Positions 24,244-32,000 of a stretch of 32,000 nt of DNA are shown here, piece after piece. Numbering within the stretch: the stretch's first letter is position 1; every line of letters starts with the position of its first letter. Made by a program: the position numbers and the translations under genes. The notes below the pieces were generated by a model. It was not told where the DNA came from, did not search any database, and saw nothing but the letters and a program-made list of their open reading frames with translations. The stretch is from Geobacter metallireducens GS-15 (GTDB lineage: Bacteria > Desulfobacterota > Desulfuromonadia > Geobacterales > Geobacteraceae), in assembly GCF_000012925.1 (NCBI RefSeq), contig NC_007517.1, positions 1,950,001 through 1,982,000 on the forward strand. The letters are read 5' to 3'.

Positions 24244-24735
24244 CTATCTTGGTTTTGAGAACTTATCCTTGAGGGCCTCCCGCACCAGGGGAGGGACCAG
24301 ACCGTCGATGGGGCCGTTCAGGGAACTTACTTCCTTGACGATGGATGACGACAGGTATCCGAAGGGAACCGATGTCATCATGAAGAGCGTTTCAACATCC
24401 TGGGAGATGCTTCTATTCATCTGGGCGATCTGGAATTCGTATTCGAAATCGGATATTGCCCGAAGCCCTCGGATGATGACCGTTGCGTTCTGGGAGAGGA
24501 CGTAATCTACCAGAAGACCGTCGAAAGTGTCAACGCGCGCCCTGACGTTGTCCGCCAGCACACGCTGGATCATGTCGACCCGTTCATCAATGGAAAAGAG
24601 GGAGTTCTTTGCCGAATTACGGGCCACGGCAACGATGATTTCGTCGAAGATTCGCAGCCCCCGGTCTATGATGTCAAGATGACCGTAGGTGATGGGGTCG
24701 AAGGAGCCGGGATAGACGGCAACTTTTCTAGGCAT
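24244..24735 (-). CDS. coaD: phosphopantetheine adenylyltransferase
   Basis: VAVYPGSFDPITYGHLDII (the nucleotidyltransferase H/TxGH motif) plus ISSSIVKE near the C-terminus. Confidence 0.93.
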   Translation of the reverse strand: MPRKVAVYPGSFDPITYGHLDIIDRGLRIFDEIIVAVARNSAKNSLFSIDERVDMIQRVLADNVRARVDTFDGLLVDYVLSQNATVIIRGLRAISDFEYEFQIAQMNRSISQDVETLFMMTSVPFGYLSSSIVKEVSSLNGPIDGLVPPLVREALKDKFSKPR

Positions 24736-24740
24736 GGTCG

Positions 24741-25307
24741 TCAGGAAGTCCCTTTCTGGAAAAAAGTGAGGGCGGTGTCGCCGTAAACCCTCCGGTCGAA
24801 CTGCTGCAATGCACCGAATCTTTCAGGAAAAACTTCACTCGAATCCGATTCAGATACAATGATTGTTTCCCTGGTGACAAACGGTGCTGAGGCCAAAATG
24901 CCGAGGACCTTTTCAGCCAAACCCTGCCGATAGGGAGGGTCGAGGAAAATGATGGTGAACGGTGCAATATTTTCGTTAAGACATTGCAGTGCTGAAGCAG
25001 CGTCTTTTACGATAACCCTGCCTCTGTCTGTGAGATTGAGTTGGGTGAGGTTCTGCCGGATAATGGCGGCCGACTCCCGGTGGCTGTCGACGAATATTGC
25101 CTCGCTGCACCCCCGGCTCAGGGCCTCGATGCCGAGATTGCCGGTTCCGGCGAAGACGTCGAGAACTCTCAGTCCCTCCAGGTTCCCCAGAAGGGAGGTG
25201 AGAATGCTGAACAATGCCTCCTTGACCCGATCCGCAGTGGGGCGTACCCGTTCGCCCCGCGGGGCGGCAAGGCGGCGTCCCCGCGCGGTTCCACCGATGA
25301 CTCTCAC
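24741..25307 (-). CDS. rsmD: 16S rRNA (guanine966-N2)-methyltransferase
   Basis: MRVIGGTARGRRL..P.....RPT.DRVKEALFSIL, VLDVFAGTGNLGIEALSRG and IIFLDPPY. The GTG start overlaps the aldolase stop (GTGA). Confidence 0.9.
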   Translation of the reverse strand: MRVIGGTARGRRLAAPRGERVRPTADRVKEALFSILTSLLGNLEGLRVLDVFAGTGNLGIEALSRGCSEAIFVDSHRESAAIIRQNLTQLNLTDRGRVIVKDAASALQCLNENIAPFTIIFLDPPYRQGLAEKVLGILASAPFVTRETIIVSESDSSEVFPERFGALQQFDRRVYGDTALTFFQKGTS

Positions 25308-26389
25308 CGGGGTTTCCCGATGGAGGCGGCCAGTCGGGAGGCGCTTCCCTTGGCGTGGAACGCCTGAAGAAACTCCTTGGCTTCGCGGTATGCCATGTCA
25401 AAAATCTGCTTTGCATTCTCCTCGGGTATCGCGTCGATCTCGGATTTGAATATTTTTGTGGCGAATTTTATGTCCTTGCCGTTCTCCCGTGCCCAGTGGC
25501 GCATGGCGTCCATGAGGTCGAGGGGAAGCCCTGCATGGGCCACGTTTTGCCAGAGGGTGCCGATGTTTCCCTTGCGGATACCATAGTTGGCCAGTTTGCC
25601 CACGAGCCTAAGGGGAGTTCCGGTAATACCGTGCTGTACCAATCCCGCAAGGCCGAGGCGAACGGCGGCGTCGTAGATTTCCTTTGTCCGGTCCAGATCG
25701 ATTCTGATCATCTCGCCGTCCAGGTAATTTCCCCGCTTGGAGCCGTTGTCAATGGCAAGGAGTTGGGGATGAATCCCTTTTTTCACGAGACAGGACAAAA
25801 ATTCTTGAGTTTCCTCCACCGTGGTCAGGTTCGATTCAACTCCTGCCCGCTTGACTTCCCCCAGTTCCACCTCAAGGCCGTACCCCTCGTTCTCGACGGT
25901 TGCCGCCAATTCAGCGGTGATTCGAATATTGTCCGGCAGAGGATTGAAAGAAGCGTCGATGGCGAAGGAGGTATAACCCGCTTTGACCTGTCCCTCAATG
26001 AGAAGTCGGGCGCGCTCCTGCTCTTCGGGAGAGGTGTTCTGGACGGTGGTGTGGTCGCCGTGGATGATGAACGGTTTTGTGAATTTGTACCGTTCGGCGC
26101 ATTCGATTACCGTGTCGAAAAATACCTGTGGGGTTTGACCGGTGTAGCCTCCATTGAGTCCCCCTTCGGTGCGGGTCAGCTCGAAGGCGATCACGGCATC
26201 GAGTTCCTCGGCGGCCTTCATGATGCCGGGAATGACATGTTTGATCCGTGGGTTGCAGGCCATGAGGATCAAATTTTCGTTTTTGAGAGCGGAGAACAAG
26301 TCGCGGCCATTGAGAAGGCAGATTCGCGACTGTGACCCGATCTTGTTGCGGATTCGCGGAGGAACCAATTCGAGGAGATCATTTATCAT
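25304..26389 (-). CDS. class II fructose/ketose-bisphosphate aldolase family protein
   Basis: TIM-barrel aldolase blocks are PFIIHGDHTTV, SFAIDASF, VELGEV and GLVQHGITGTP. The subfamily cannot be resolved by eye. Confidence 0.75.
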   Translation of the reverse strand: MINDLLELVPPRIRNKIGSQSRICLLNGRDLFSALKNENLILMACNPRIKHVIPGIMKAAEELDAVIAFELTRTEGGLNGGYTGQTPQVFFDTVIECAERYKFTKPFIIHGDHTTVQNTSPEEQERARLLIEGQVKAGYTSFAIDASFNPLPDNIRITAELAATVENEGYGLEVELGEVKRAGVESNLTTVEETQEFLSCLVKKGIHPQLLAIDNGSKRGNYLDGEMIRIDLDRTKEIYDAAVRLGLAGLVQHGITGTPLRLVGKLANYGIRKGNIGTLWQNVAHAGLPLDLMDAMRHWARENGKDIKFATKIFKSEIDAIPEENAKQIFDMAYREAKEFLQAFHAKGSASRLAASIGKPR

Positions 26390-26490
26390 AATGTTCAGTA
26401 TGTAATCCTGGCAAAAAGTTGATATTCTTAAAAAAGGCTTAGAAATTTAGCATGATACGCCAATTGTAGTCAATGGATATCTTTTCGCCA

Positions 26491-26519
26491 TTGACACCCC
26501 CGGGAAGCGACATTAGAGT
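26491..26519 (+). promoter_or_regulatory. sigma-70-type promoter candidate for the dgt-like gene
   Basis: TTGACA (26491-26496), 17-nt spacer, TAGAGT (26514-26519). It lies 26 nt upstream of the ATG. Confidence 0.45.
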
Positions 26520-26544
26520 TGGGCGGAATGGGAGGAGAGGGGAT

Positions 26545-27702
26545 ATGACTGAAGGAGTTGAAGGACGTTCCCAGGAGCGCTCCGATCTGGCCGGCTTTGC
26601 GGCGCGAAGTGCTGAATCCCGTGGCAGGAAGTATCAGGAAGCATTTCGTGATCATCGCCCTGCCTTTGAGCGGGACCGGGACAGAATTATCCACTGCGCG
26701 GCATTTCGTCGCCTGGAATACAAGACCCAGGTGTTCGTCAATCATGAAGGGGACTACTATCGTACCCGGCTCACCCACTCCCTCGAAGTGGCCCAGATAG
26801 GGAAGGCTATCGCCCGGCGATTGGGGGTGAACGAGGAATTGACCGAAGCGTTGGCCCTTGCCCATGACCTGGGACATACTCCCTTCGGCCACACGGGAGA
26901 AGAGGTCCTGAATCGCCTTATGGAGGGGTTCGGCGGCTTTGAGCATAACCTTCAGTCGTTTCGGGTGGTAGACCAACTGGAGGAGAGGTACCCCGGTTTC
27001 AATGGTCTCAATCTTTCATGGGAGGTGCTCGAAGGGATCGTCAAGCATTCTTCCCCCTATGACCGGCCGGTGGGGGTGATCGACAGGTTCCTTCCCGGCG
27101 TGGTGCCGACCATTGAGGCGCAGATCATCAATTATGCCGACGAGATTGCCTACAATAATCACGACATCGACGACGGGCTCAAATCCGGTTTCATAACCCT
27201 TGACCAACTCGATGGCGTGGAGCTTTGGCGGGAGGTTCACGAGGGAATAGCCAGGGCTTATCCTGATATCGATCCGGAGCGGCGTAAGCTTCAGACCATC
27301 AGTGCCCTTATCGGTGTTTTCATCAAGGATCTGACCACCACTAGCCTGGAAAACGTTCAACGCCTTCGCATCACTTCTCTGGATGATCTGCGAAGGATTA
27401 ACCGTCCAGTGGTGGCCTTTAGCCCTGCCACGGCTGAAAAAAATCGTAAGCTCAAAGGGTTTCTTTTTGAAAACCTCTACCGTCACTATAGGGTTGAGCG
27501 GATGCGGGTGAAAGCCGAGCGCTATCTGCGTCAGCTCTTCGAATCCTACGTGAAGCACCCGACGCTTTTACCGCGCAAATATCAGAAAAAAATGGAGATC
27601 CTGGGACGTGAGCGGGTCGTGTGCGACTATATAGCCGGAATGACAGACCGCTTCGCTCTCGATGAATTCAAGCGTCTTTTTGAGCCGTATGAAAGAGTTT
27701 GA
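26545..27702 (+). CDS. deoxyguanosinetriphosphate triphosphohydrolase-like HD-domain protein
   Basis: FERDRDRIIHCAAFRRLEYKTQVF, RTRLTHSLEVAQIGKAIA, LAHDLGHTPFGH and ADEIAYNNHDIDDG. The ATG at 26545 follows GGGAGGAG. The listed ORF (26473) was trimmed. Confidence 0.9.
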   Translation: MTEGVEGRSQERSDLAGFAARSAESRGRKYQEAFRDHRPAFERDRDRIIHCAAFRRLEYKTQVFVNHEGDYYRTRLTHSLEVAQIGKAIARRLGVNEELTEALALAHDLGHTPFGHTGEEVLNRLMEGFGGFEHNLQSFRVVDQLEERYPGFNGLNLSWEVLEGIVKHSSPYDRPVGVIDRFLPGVVPTIEAQIINYADEIAYNNHDIDDGLKSGFITLDQLDGVELWREVHEGIARAYPDIDPERRKLQTISALIGVFIKDLTTTSLENVQRLRITSLDDLRRINRPVVAFSPATAEKNRKLKGFLFENLYRHYRVERMRVKAERYLRQLFESYVKHPTLLPRKYQKKMEILGRERVVCDYIAGMTDRFALDEFKRLFEPYERV

Positions 27703-27787
27703 TCACATAACGGCCTGTTATCACAGAAGAATAGGGGTATATTCTTGACTTGTCGCCGCTATTGGGTTAGTGCTGTAGAAAAATGCA

Positions 27788-27875
27788 TTGATAGACGATA
27801 ATACTCAACCATTCGCGAGAATGGGGCGGAAAGCCTATAGGGTCTCATGCAGACAGCCGGGTTGCCGAAATATCA
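27788..27875 (+). promoter_or_regulatory. GEMM-I cyclic-dinucleotide riboswitch aptamer (c-di-GMP or 3'3'-cGAMP class)
   Basis: AACCAUUC-GCGA-GAAUGGGGCGGAAAGCC...AGCCGGGUUGCCGAAA parallels the V. cholerae Vc2 core AAACCAUUC-GAAA-GAGUGGGACGCAAAGCC...AGCGGGGUUACCGAUGG. The P1 hairpin is at 27809-27824 with a GNRA loop (GCGA). A possible closing helix is TGATA (27789-27793) with TATCA (27871-27875). Confidence 0.75.
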
Positions 27876-27904
27876 TTTTAGAATGATGCGGCCCCGGCTT
27901 TTTT
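27856..27904 (+). terminator. riboswitch expression-platform terminator
   Basis: GCCGGG (27856-27861, shared with the aptamer 3' core) pairs with CCCGGC (27893-27898). An inner hairpin is ATCATT-TTAG-AATGAT. T6 follows at 27899-27904, 62 nt before the downstream ATG. Confidence 0.7.
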
Positions 27905-27966
27905 GCGTCCAGCCACCTTGGGTGCTATAGTGGTCAAGGTAATCTTATCGAGAAAGGAAATTCTTT

Positions 27967-28518
27967 ATGAAAAAATTTCTTACGGTCCTACCTTTGTTTT
28001 TTGCAACGGTGTCCCCGTCGTTTGCTGCTTCCGACGTTGGTTTTGACGTGAATATCAACGTCGGAAACCGCTCTGGTGTTGTGATTCCGGCCCCCCCGGC
28101 GGTAGTGGTCCCGGCTCCGCGGGTTGTGATTGAGGAACCCCCGCTTTTTATTGCACCTCCTCGTCTCGGTTTCTATGTTGGTGTCGATATCCCCTACGAT
28201 ATTTTTTACATCTCCGGTCGTTACTATCTCTGGCAAGATAATTACTGGTACCGTGCGCCCAGCTACGGGGGACCATGGACCGTGGTCAATCACAGAAACC
28301 TCCCCCCCGGACTCCGCAAACACAAACTGGAGCGGATTCGTTACTACCGCGATGACGAGTATCGAGTATACAGCCATGAACATGATCATTATCGGGGCAA
28401 ACATTTCAAGCCGGGGAAAGAGTACAAGGAGCGCTACAAGGAGGAGCGGAAGCGGGAAAAGCGCGAATATAAACACCATGGCGAGGAAAAGGGTCATGGG
28501 CACGGGCACGACGACTGA
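27967..28518 (+). CDS. secreted hypothetical protein with aromatic W/Y core and basic, His-rich tail
   Basis: Signal peptide MKKFLTVLPLFFATVSPSFA|AS. Pro-rich segment (IPAPPAVVVPAPRVVIEEPP). Core YYLWQDNYWYRAPSYGGPW. The tail is KEYKERYKEERKREKREYKHHGEEKGHGHGHDD. Confidence 0.75.
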   Translation: MKKFLTVLPLFFATVSPSFAASDVGFDVNINVGNRSGVVIPAPPAVVVPAPRVVIEEPPLFIAPPRLGFYVGVDIPYDIFYISGRYYLWQDNYWYRAPSYGGPWTVVNHRNLPPGLRKHKLERIRYYRDDEYRVYSHEHDHYRGKHFKPGKEYKERYKEERKREKREYKHHGEEKGHGHGHDD

Positions 28519-28552
28519 AACTGAAGTTGTCAGCGCCTGATCGAGATAAGAT

Positions 28553-28584
28553 AAAAAAAGCCCGGAGAAATCCGGGCTTTTTTT
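28553..28584. terminator. bidirectional intrinsic terminator
   Basis: A7-GCCCGGA-GAAA-TCCGGGC-T7 lies between the convergent secreted-protein gene and yhbY. Confidence 0.85.
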
Positions 28585-28604
28585 CTGGTCATGGAATGGA
28601 TGCG

Positions 28605-28901
28605 TTACTTCCCCTTGGGAAGCTCCAGTTTCGGTTCCTCGGCCTTGCGGTAAAGCAGGAAAGTTCTCCCGAGCACCTGGGCGACCTCTGCGCCACAGGC
28701 TTTCGCCAACTCGTCGGCCACCTCGTGACGGTCCATTATGCAGCTTTCGAGAATCTTCACCTTGATGAGTTCGTGATGCTCGAGTGCTTCGCTGGTTTCG
28801 CGCACGAGGGGAGTGGAGATTTCTCCTTTGCCAACTGTAATTACGGGATTGAGGCTGTGCCCCATCCCACGAAGAAAGCGTTTCTGTTTTCCGGTCAGCA
28901 T
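28605..28901 (-). CDS. yhbY: YhbY/CRS1-type RNA-binding protein
   Basis: LTGKQKRFLRGMGHSLNPVITVGKGEISTPLVRETSEALEHHELIKVKI matches the YhbY signature. The listed ORF (29111) was trimmed to the ATG at 28901, preceded by AAAGGAA. Confidence 0.85.
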   Translation of the reverse strand: MLTGKQKRFLRGMGHSLNPVITVGKGEISTPLVRETSEALEHHELIKVKILESCIMDRHEVADELAKACGAEVAQVLGRTFLLYRKAEEPKLELPKGK

Positions 28902-29035
28902 GCTGGTTCCTTTAATTGTGGTTGTTCGAGCTGCCGGACGTATAGCATGAATCAAACGGCAAGGCAACGCAGGTACGCTCGTTAATTCCTTGATTCCGGC
29001 TAATGCCGGCCCGGGCCAAGGCATGAGCCCTCTGG

Positions 29036-30424
29036 TTACTGCAGCACCACAGCGCTGATCGTGTTCAGGAGCAGTTCCTTTTTGATCGGTTTGGCAAGGT
29101 GCGTTGTGCAACCGGCTTCCCGTGCCCTGAGATAATCGCTGCGTTCAGGACCGGCCGTGAGAGCAACGACGGGCACCGGCGTCCGGTCATGCGTTCGCTC
29201 CCATTCCCGGATCTTCCTCGTGGCCGAAAGGCCATCCATGACCGGCATCTGAATGTCCATGATAATTACGTCATAGTTGCTGGAAGTGAACTTCTTCAAC
29301 GCCTCTTCTCCGTTATGGGCCATATCGACGGCATGGGAGGTGGTTCCGAGAAAGGCGCCGAGAAGCATTCGTATTTCCGCGGCGTCTTCTGCCAGAAGAA
29401 TCCGAAGGCTCCGTTCCGGCAGACTCTTTGATTTTCTGCGTTCTACTGCGGAGGAGAGAAGGGGGGGCGTAACTCCCAGTCGGGCGTTGAACACGAAAGA
29501 AGTTCCCTTTCCCTCCTTGCTCGTCACTCTGATCGTGCCCCCCATCAAGCCGACAAGCCTCTTGGCGATGTTTAGTCCAAGCCCTGTTCCTCCATAGGTG
29601 CGGAACGTAGCCGGAGATGCCTGGGCGTATCGCTCGAAAATTTCTTCGAGCTTGTCACCGGGAATGCCGATCCCCGTATCCTGAATGGTGAAGATGAGCT
29701 GCATTTCCTGGGAAGCCAACGATGATGCTTCCGGTTCAACGGTGATGATGATCTTCCCCTGTTCGGTAAACTTGATGGCATTACCGGCCAGATTGAGGAT
29801 CACCTGCTGAAGGCGCTTCGGATCACCGACAAGTTGGGCAGGAATGTCGGGTGACAGGTGATATTCCAGTTCAAGACCTTTTCTGCCCGCCTGCCAGGCG
29901 ATAAGTTGTGCCGTTCTTTCGAGCAGTTCCCGAAACGGAAATTCAATTTGGTCAAGGTGAATACGTCCTGCGTCAAGCCGTGAGTTGTCAAGAAGATCAT
30001 TGACAAGAGAAAGAAGAAATTCGCCTGCATGATTGAAGGCATTCAGGTATTCAGTCTGTTTCTTGTCGAGGGGGGTTTCGCGGAGCAATTCGACGGCACC
30101 GGTCAGCATTTGTATTTGAGAGCGGATTTCATGACTCACCAGGGCGAGAAGATCTTCTTTTGAGTGGCAGGCAGCTTCGGCTGAAACCTTGGCTCGCTTG
30201 AGATCCCGTTCGATATTTTTCCTCTCGGCCAGTTCCGCCTTCAATTCGACGAGAAGATGTTCGAGTTCAACGATTCGATCGGCATCCGTTACGGCTGTCG
30301 TTCCGGTCTGGGTCACGGTCGGTGTTCCTCTCGACGCACTGTATTTAGCTTGTAATGGATGAGCCGGCTCTTTATGCCGGTGGCAGCAAATCGCCAAATC
30401 AATAATGACGCCTAATCTTGACAT
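29036..30424 (-). CDS. hybrid sensor histidine kinase (coiled coil-HisKA-HATPase-REC) with no recognisable sensor domain
   Basis: H-box [10 protein letters not shown]-box [11 protein letters not shown]1 DTGIGI, G2 GGTGLGL and a C-terminal receiver (ILLAEDA...[13 protein letters not shown]...VVALTA...LAKP). The start was moved from 30589, which would overlap lepA, to the ATG at 30424. The start remains uncertain. Confidence 0.8.
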   Translation of the reverse strand: MSRLGVIIDLAICCHRHKEPAHPLQAKYSASRGTPTVTQTGTTAVTDADRIVELEHLLVELKAELAERKNIERDLKRAKVSAEAACHSKEDLLALVSHEIRSQIQMLTGAVELLRETPLDKKQTEYLNAFNHAGEFLLSLVNDLLDNSRLDAGRIHLDQIEFPFRELLERTAQLIAWQAGRKGLELEYHLSPDIPAQLVGDPKRLQQVILNLAGNAIKFTEQGKIIITVEPEASSLASQEMQLIFTIQDTGIGIPGDKLEEIFERYAQASPATFRTYGGTGLGLNIAKRLVGLMGGTIRVTSKEGKGTSFVFNARLGVTPPLLSSAVERRKSKSLPERSLRILLAEDAAEIRMLLGAFLGTTSHAVDMAHNGEEALKKFTSSNYDVIIMDIQMPVMDGLSATRKIREWERTHDRTPVPVVALTAGPERSDYLRAREAGCTTHLAKPIKKELLLNTISAVVLQ

Positions 30425-30566
30425 TTGTATATCACAGCTCCAGGGGCTCGGCAATCGCAGAAGTGGCGGAGAATTAATGCTGGATGTATCCGGAGAATAC
30501 CCTTTACAAAATCTCCCTCTTTCGGCTATTGTTCTACGGTTACACTCATTTAACGACAAGGTGTCT

Positions 30567-32000
30567 ATGAAGATCGAAAATATCCGCAATTTTTCAATAA
30601 TTGCTCATATCGACCACGGCAAGTCCACCCTTGCAGACCGGCTCCTGGAGTATACCGGTGCCCTTTCCGAGCGAGAGAGGCAGGATCAGTTCCTCGACAA
30701 GATGGATCTGGAGCGGGAGCGCGGGATAACCATCAAGGCCCAGACCGTCCGCCTGAATTACCGGGCCGACGACGGGAAGGATTACGTGCTGAACCTGATC
30801 GATACGCCGGGACATGTGGACTTCACCTACGAAGTTTCCCGCTCTCTCGCTGCCTGCGAGGGGGGACTTCTGGTGGTGGATGCCTCTCAGGGGGTTGAGG
30901 CCCAGACCCTCGCCAATGTCTATCTGGCCATCGACAACAACCTTGAGGTCTTTCCCGTTCTGAACAAAATCGACCTCCCGGCGGCGGAACCGGAGCGGGT
31001 CAAGCACGAGATCGAGGAGATCATCGGCCTGGACGCCCACGATGCGGTGCTTGCCAGCGCCAAAGAAGGGATCGGGACCCGGGAGATCCTGGAAGAGATC
31101 GTAAAAAAGATCCCTCCCCCGGAGGGAGACCCGGCCGCGCCGCTCAAGGCTCTGCTCTTTGATTCGTGGTATGACCAGTACCAGGGAGTCATTATTCTGG
31201 CGAGGCTCATCGATGGCATCCTCAAGAAGGGTGATAAGATCCAGCTCGTCTCCACCGGACGTAGCTACGAGGCCCTTAAAGTTGGTGTTTTCGCCCCGGT
31301 GATGCGGGAGGTGCCCCAGTTGTCGGCCGGTGAGGTCGGCTTTGTCATTGCCGGCATCAAGGACGTTGCCGACGCCAAGATCGGCGATACCGTCACCCAT
31401 ACCCTCAAGCCCTGTACGACCCCCCTCGGCGGTTTCAAGGAAGTGAAGCCCATGGTCTTCTCGGGGCTCTACCCCATCGACACTTCGCAATACGAACAGC
31501 TTCGCGATGCGTTGGCCAAACTCAAACTCAATGATTCCTCCTTCTCCTACGAGCCGGAGACATCACTGGCGCTGGGATTCGGCTTCCGGTGCGGCTTTCT
31601 GGGGCTTCTCCACATGGAGATCATCCAGGAGCGGCTGGAGCGGGAGTTCAATCTCGACCTCATCACCACCGCGCCAACGGTCGTTTACAGGGTCCACCGG
31701 ATCAAAGGCGACATGATCTCCATCGAGAGTGCCAACCAACTCCCCCCGACCCAGGAGATCGACTATGTAGAGGAGCCGTTCATCCTTGCCTCCATCCACA
31801 CCCCCAATGAGTTCGTCGGCGGAATTCTTGCCCTGTGCGAGGAGAAGCGCGGGGTGCAGCGGGAGATCAAGTACCTGACCCCGACGCGGGTCATGATCAT
31901 CTACGAACTCCCCCTGAACGAGGTGGTGCTCGATTTTTACGACCGGCTCAAGTCCATCACCAAGGGGTATGCCTCCCTTGATTACGAACATCTGGACTAT
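30567..32000 (+). CDS. lepA: translation elongation factor 4 (LepA), 3'-partial
   Basis: The ORF is absent from the track because it has no stop in the window. My own translation from the ATG at 30567 is [31 protein letters not shown]...[14 protein letters not shown]...LNKIDLP, which are G1-G4 GTPase motifs in LepA order. The frame stays open to base 32000. Confidence 0.95.
   Translation, partial: MKIENIRNFSIIAHIDHGKSTLADRLLEYTGALSERERQDQFLDKMDLERERGITIKAQTVRLNYRADDGKDYVLNLIDTPGHVDFTYEVSRSLAACEGGLLVVDASQGVEAQTLANVYLAIDNNLEVFPVLNKIDLPAAEPERVKHEIEEIIGLDAHDAVLASAKEGIGTREILEEIVKKIPPPEGDPAAPLKALLFDSWYDQYQGVIILARLIDGILKKGDKIQLVSTGRSYEALKVGVFAPVMREVPQLSAGEVGFVIAGIKDVADAKIGDTVTHTLKPCTTPLGGFKEVKPMVFSGLYPIDTSQYEQLRDALAKLKLNDSSFSYEPETSLALGFGFRCGFLGLLHMEIIQERLEREFNLDLITTAPTVVYRVHRIKGDMISIESANQLPPTQEIDYVEEPFILASIHTPNEFVGGILALCEEKRGVQREIKYLTPTRVMIIYELPLNEVVLDFYDRLKSITKGYASLDYEHLDY

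Noticed and set aside
25355-26335. 326-aa + strand ORF.
   Set aside because: It is antisense to the class II aldolase gene and has no recognisable motifs.
26411-26430. TGGCAAAAAGTTGATA as a sigma-54 promoter in the fba/dgt divergent region.
   Set aside because: The -12 element is misplaced: TTGA falls one position early and there is no GC at the required spacing.
26545-27702. The dGTPase-like gene as a possible anti-phage nucleotide-depletion defence gene.
   Set aside because: It is a single gene in a housekeeping neighbourhood (fba-rsmD-coaD, yhbY, lepA), with no defence-island or mobile-element neighbours. It looks like the conserved chromosomal dgt-like paralogue.
30425-30589. The histidine kinase start at 30589, as listed in the track.
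   Set aside because: It would overlap the lepA start codon region and its likely promoter. It would also add a Cys/Ser/Pro-rich, non-domain N-terminus. I trimmed to the ATG at 30424, and the true start remains uncertain.
30594-31991. - strand ORFs 30594..31490 and 31563..31991.
   Set aside because: They are antisense to lepA. The lepA ORF is missing from the track only because it has no stop in the window, and its translation is unmistakable.
1-32000. A search for CRISPR arrays, IS elements, transposases, integrases, prophage genes, rRNA or tRNA genes.
   Set aside because: I noticed none of the following by eye on either strand: spaced direct-repeat arrays, terminal inverted repeats, DDE or tyrosine-recombinase-like translations, or structured RNA genes apart from the riboswitch.

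Overview
The window is a GC-rich chromosomal segment. Gene content and style suggest Geobacter or another Desulfuromonadales member: multihaem cytochromes, sigma-54 signals, a GEMM-I riboswitch and a split archaeal-type glutamate synthase. That taxon call is an inference. All family calls were made by eye from the translations, with no database search.

I support about 33 protein-coding genes.

Flanking housekeeping genes:
- yacG-gltX and amtB
- sppA and a YfcE-like phosphoesterase
- a five-gene split glutamate synthase operon
- fba-rsmD-coaD
- a dgt-like gene, yhbY and lepA

The ORF track omits two genes that run off the window edges: the 5'-partial O-methyltransferase (2..778) and the 3'-partial lepA (30567..32000).

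The centre of the window (5.4-14.9 kb, all + strand, tightly packed) is the accessory-looking part:
- An HDAC-type deacetylase, an overlapping unknown gene with a GNAT-like tail, and a TPR protein.
- Small membrane proteins.
- A six-gene cluster (9027-14928), which is my best candidate for an undescribed system. It pairs an MtrA/PioA-type decahaem cytochrome that carries a lipobox with a ~700-aa MtrB/PioB-like outer-membrane barrel. No MtrC-type partner is present. The pair is packaged with an orphan ABC ATPase, a COG2984-type periplasmic binding protein, a single-domain receiver and a protein ending in CHNCGCGC.

The window also holds three different cyclic-dinucleotide receptor classes:
- a MshEN-REC fusion
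- a membrane-anchored PilZ protein
- a GEMM-I riboswitch with a terminator, in front of a secreted His-rich protein

I saw no rRNA, tRNA, CRISPR array, transposase or integrase.
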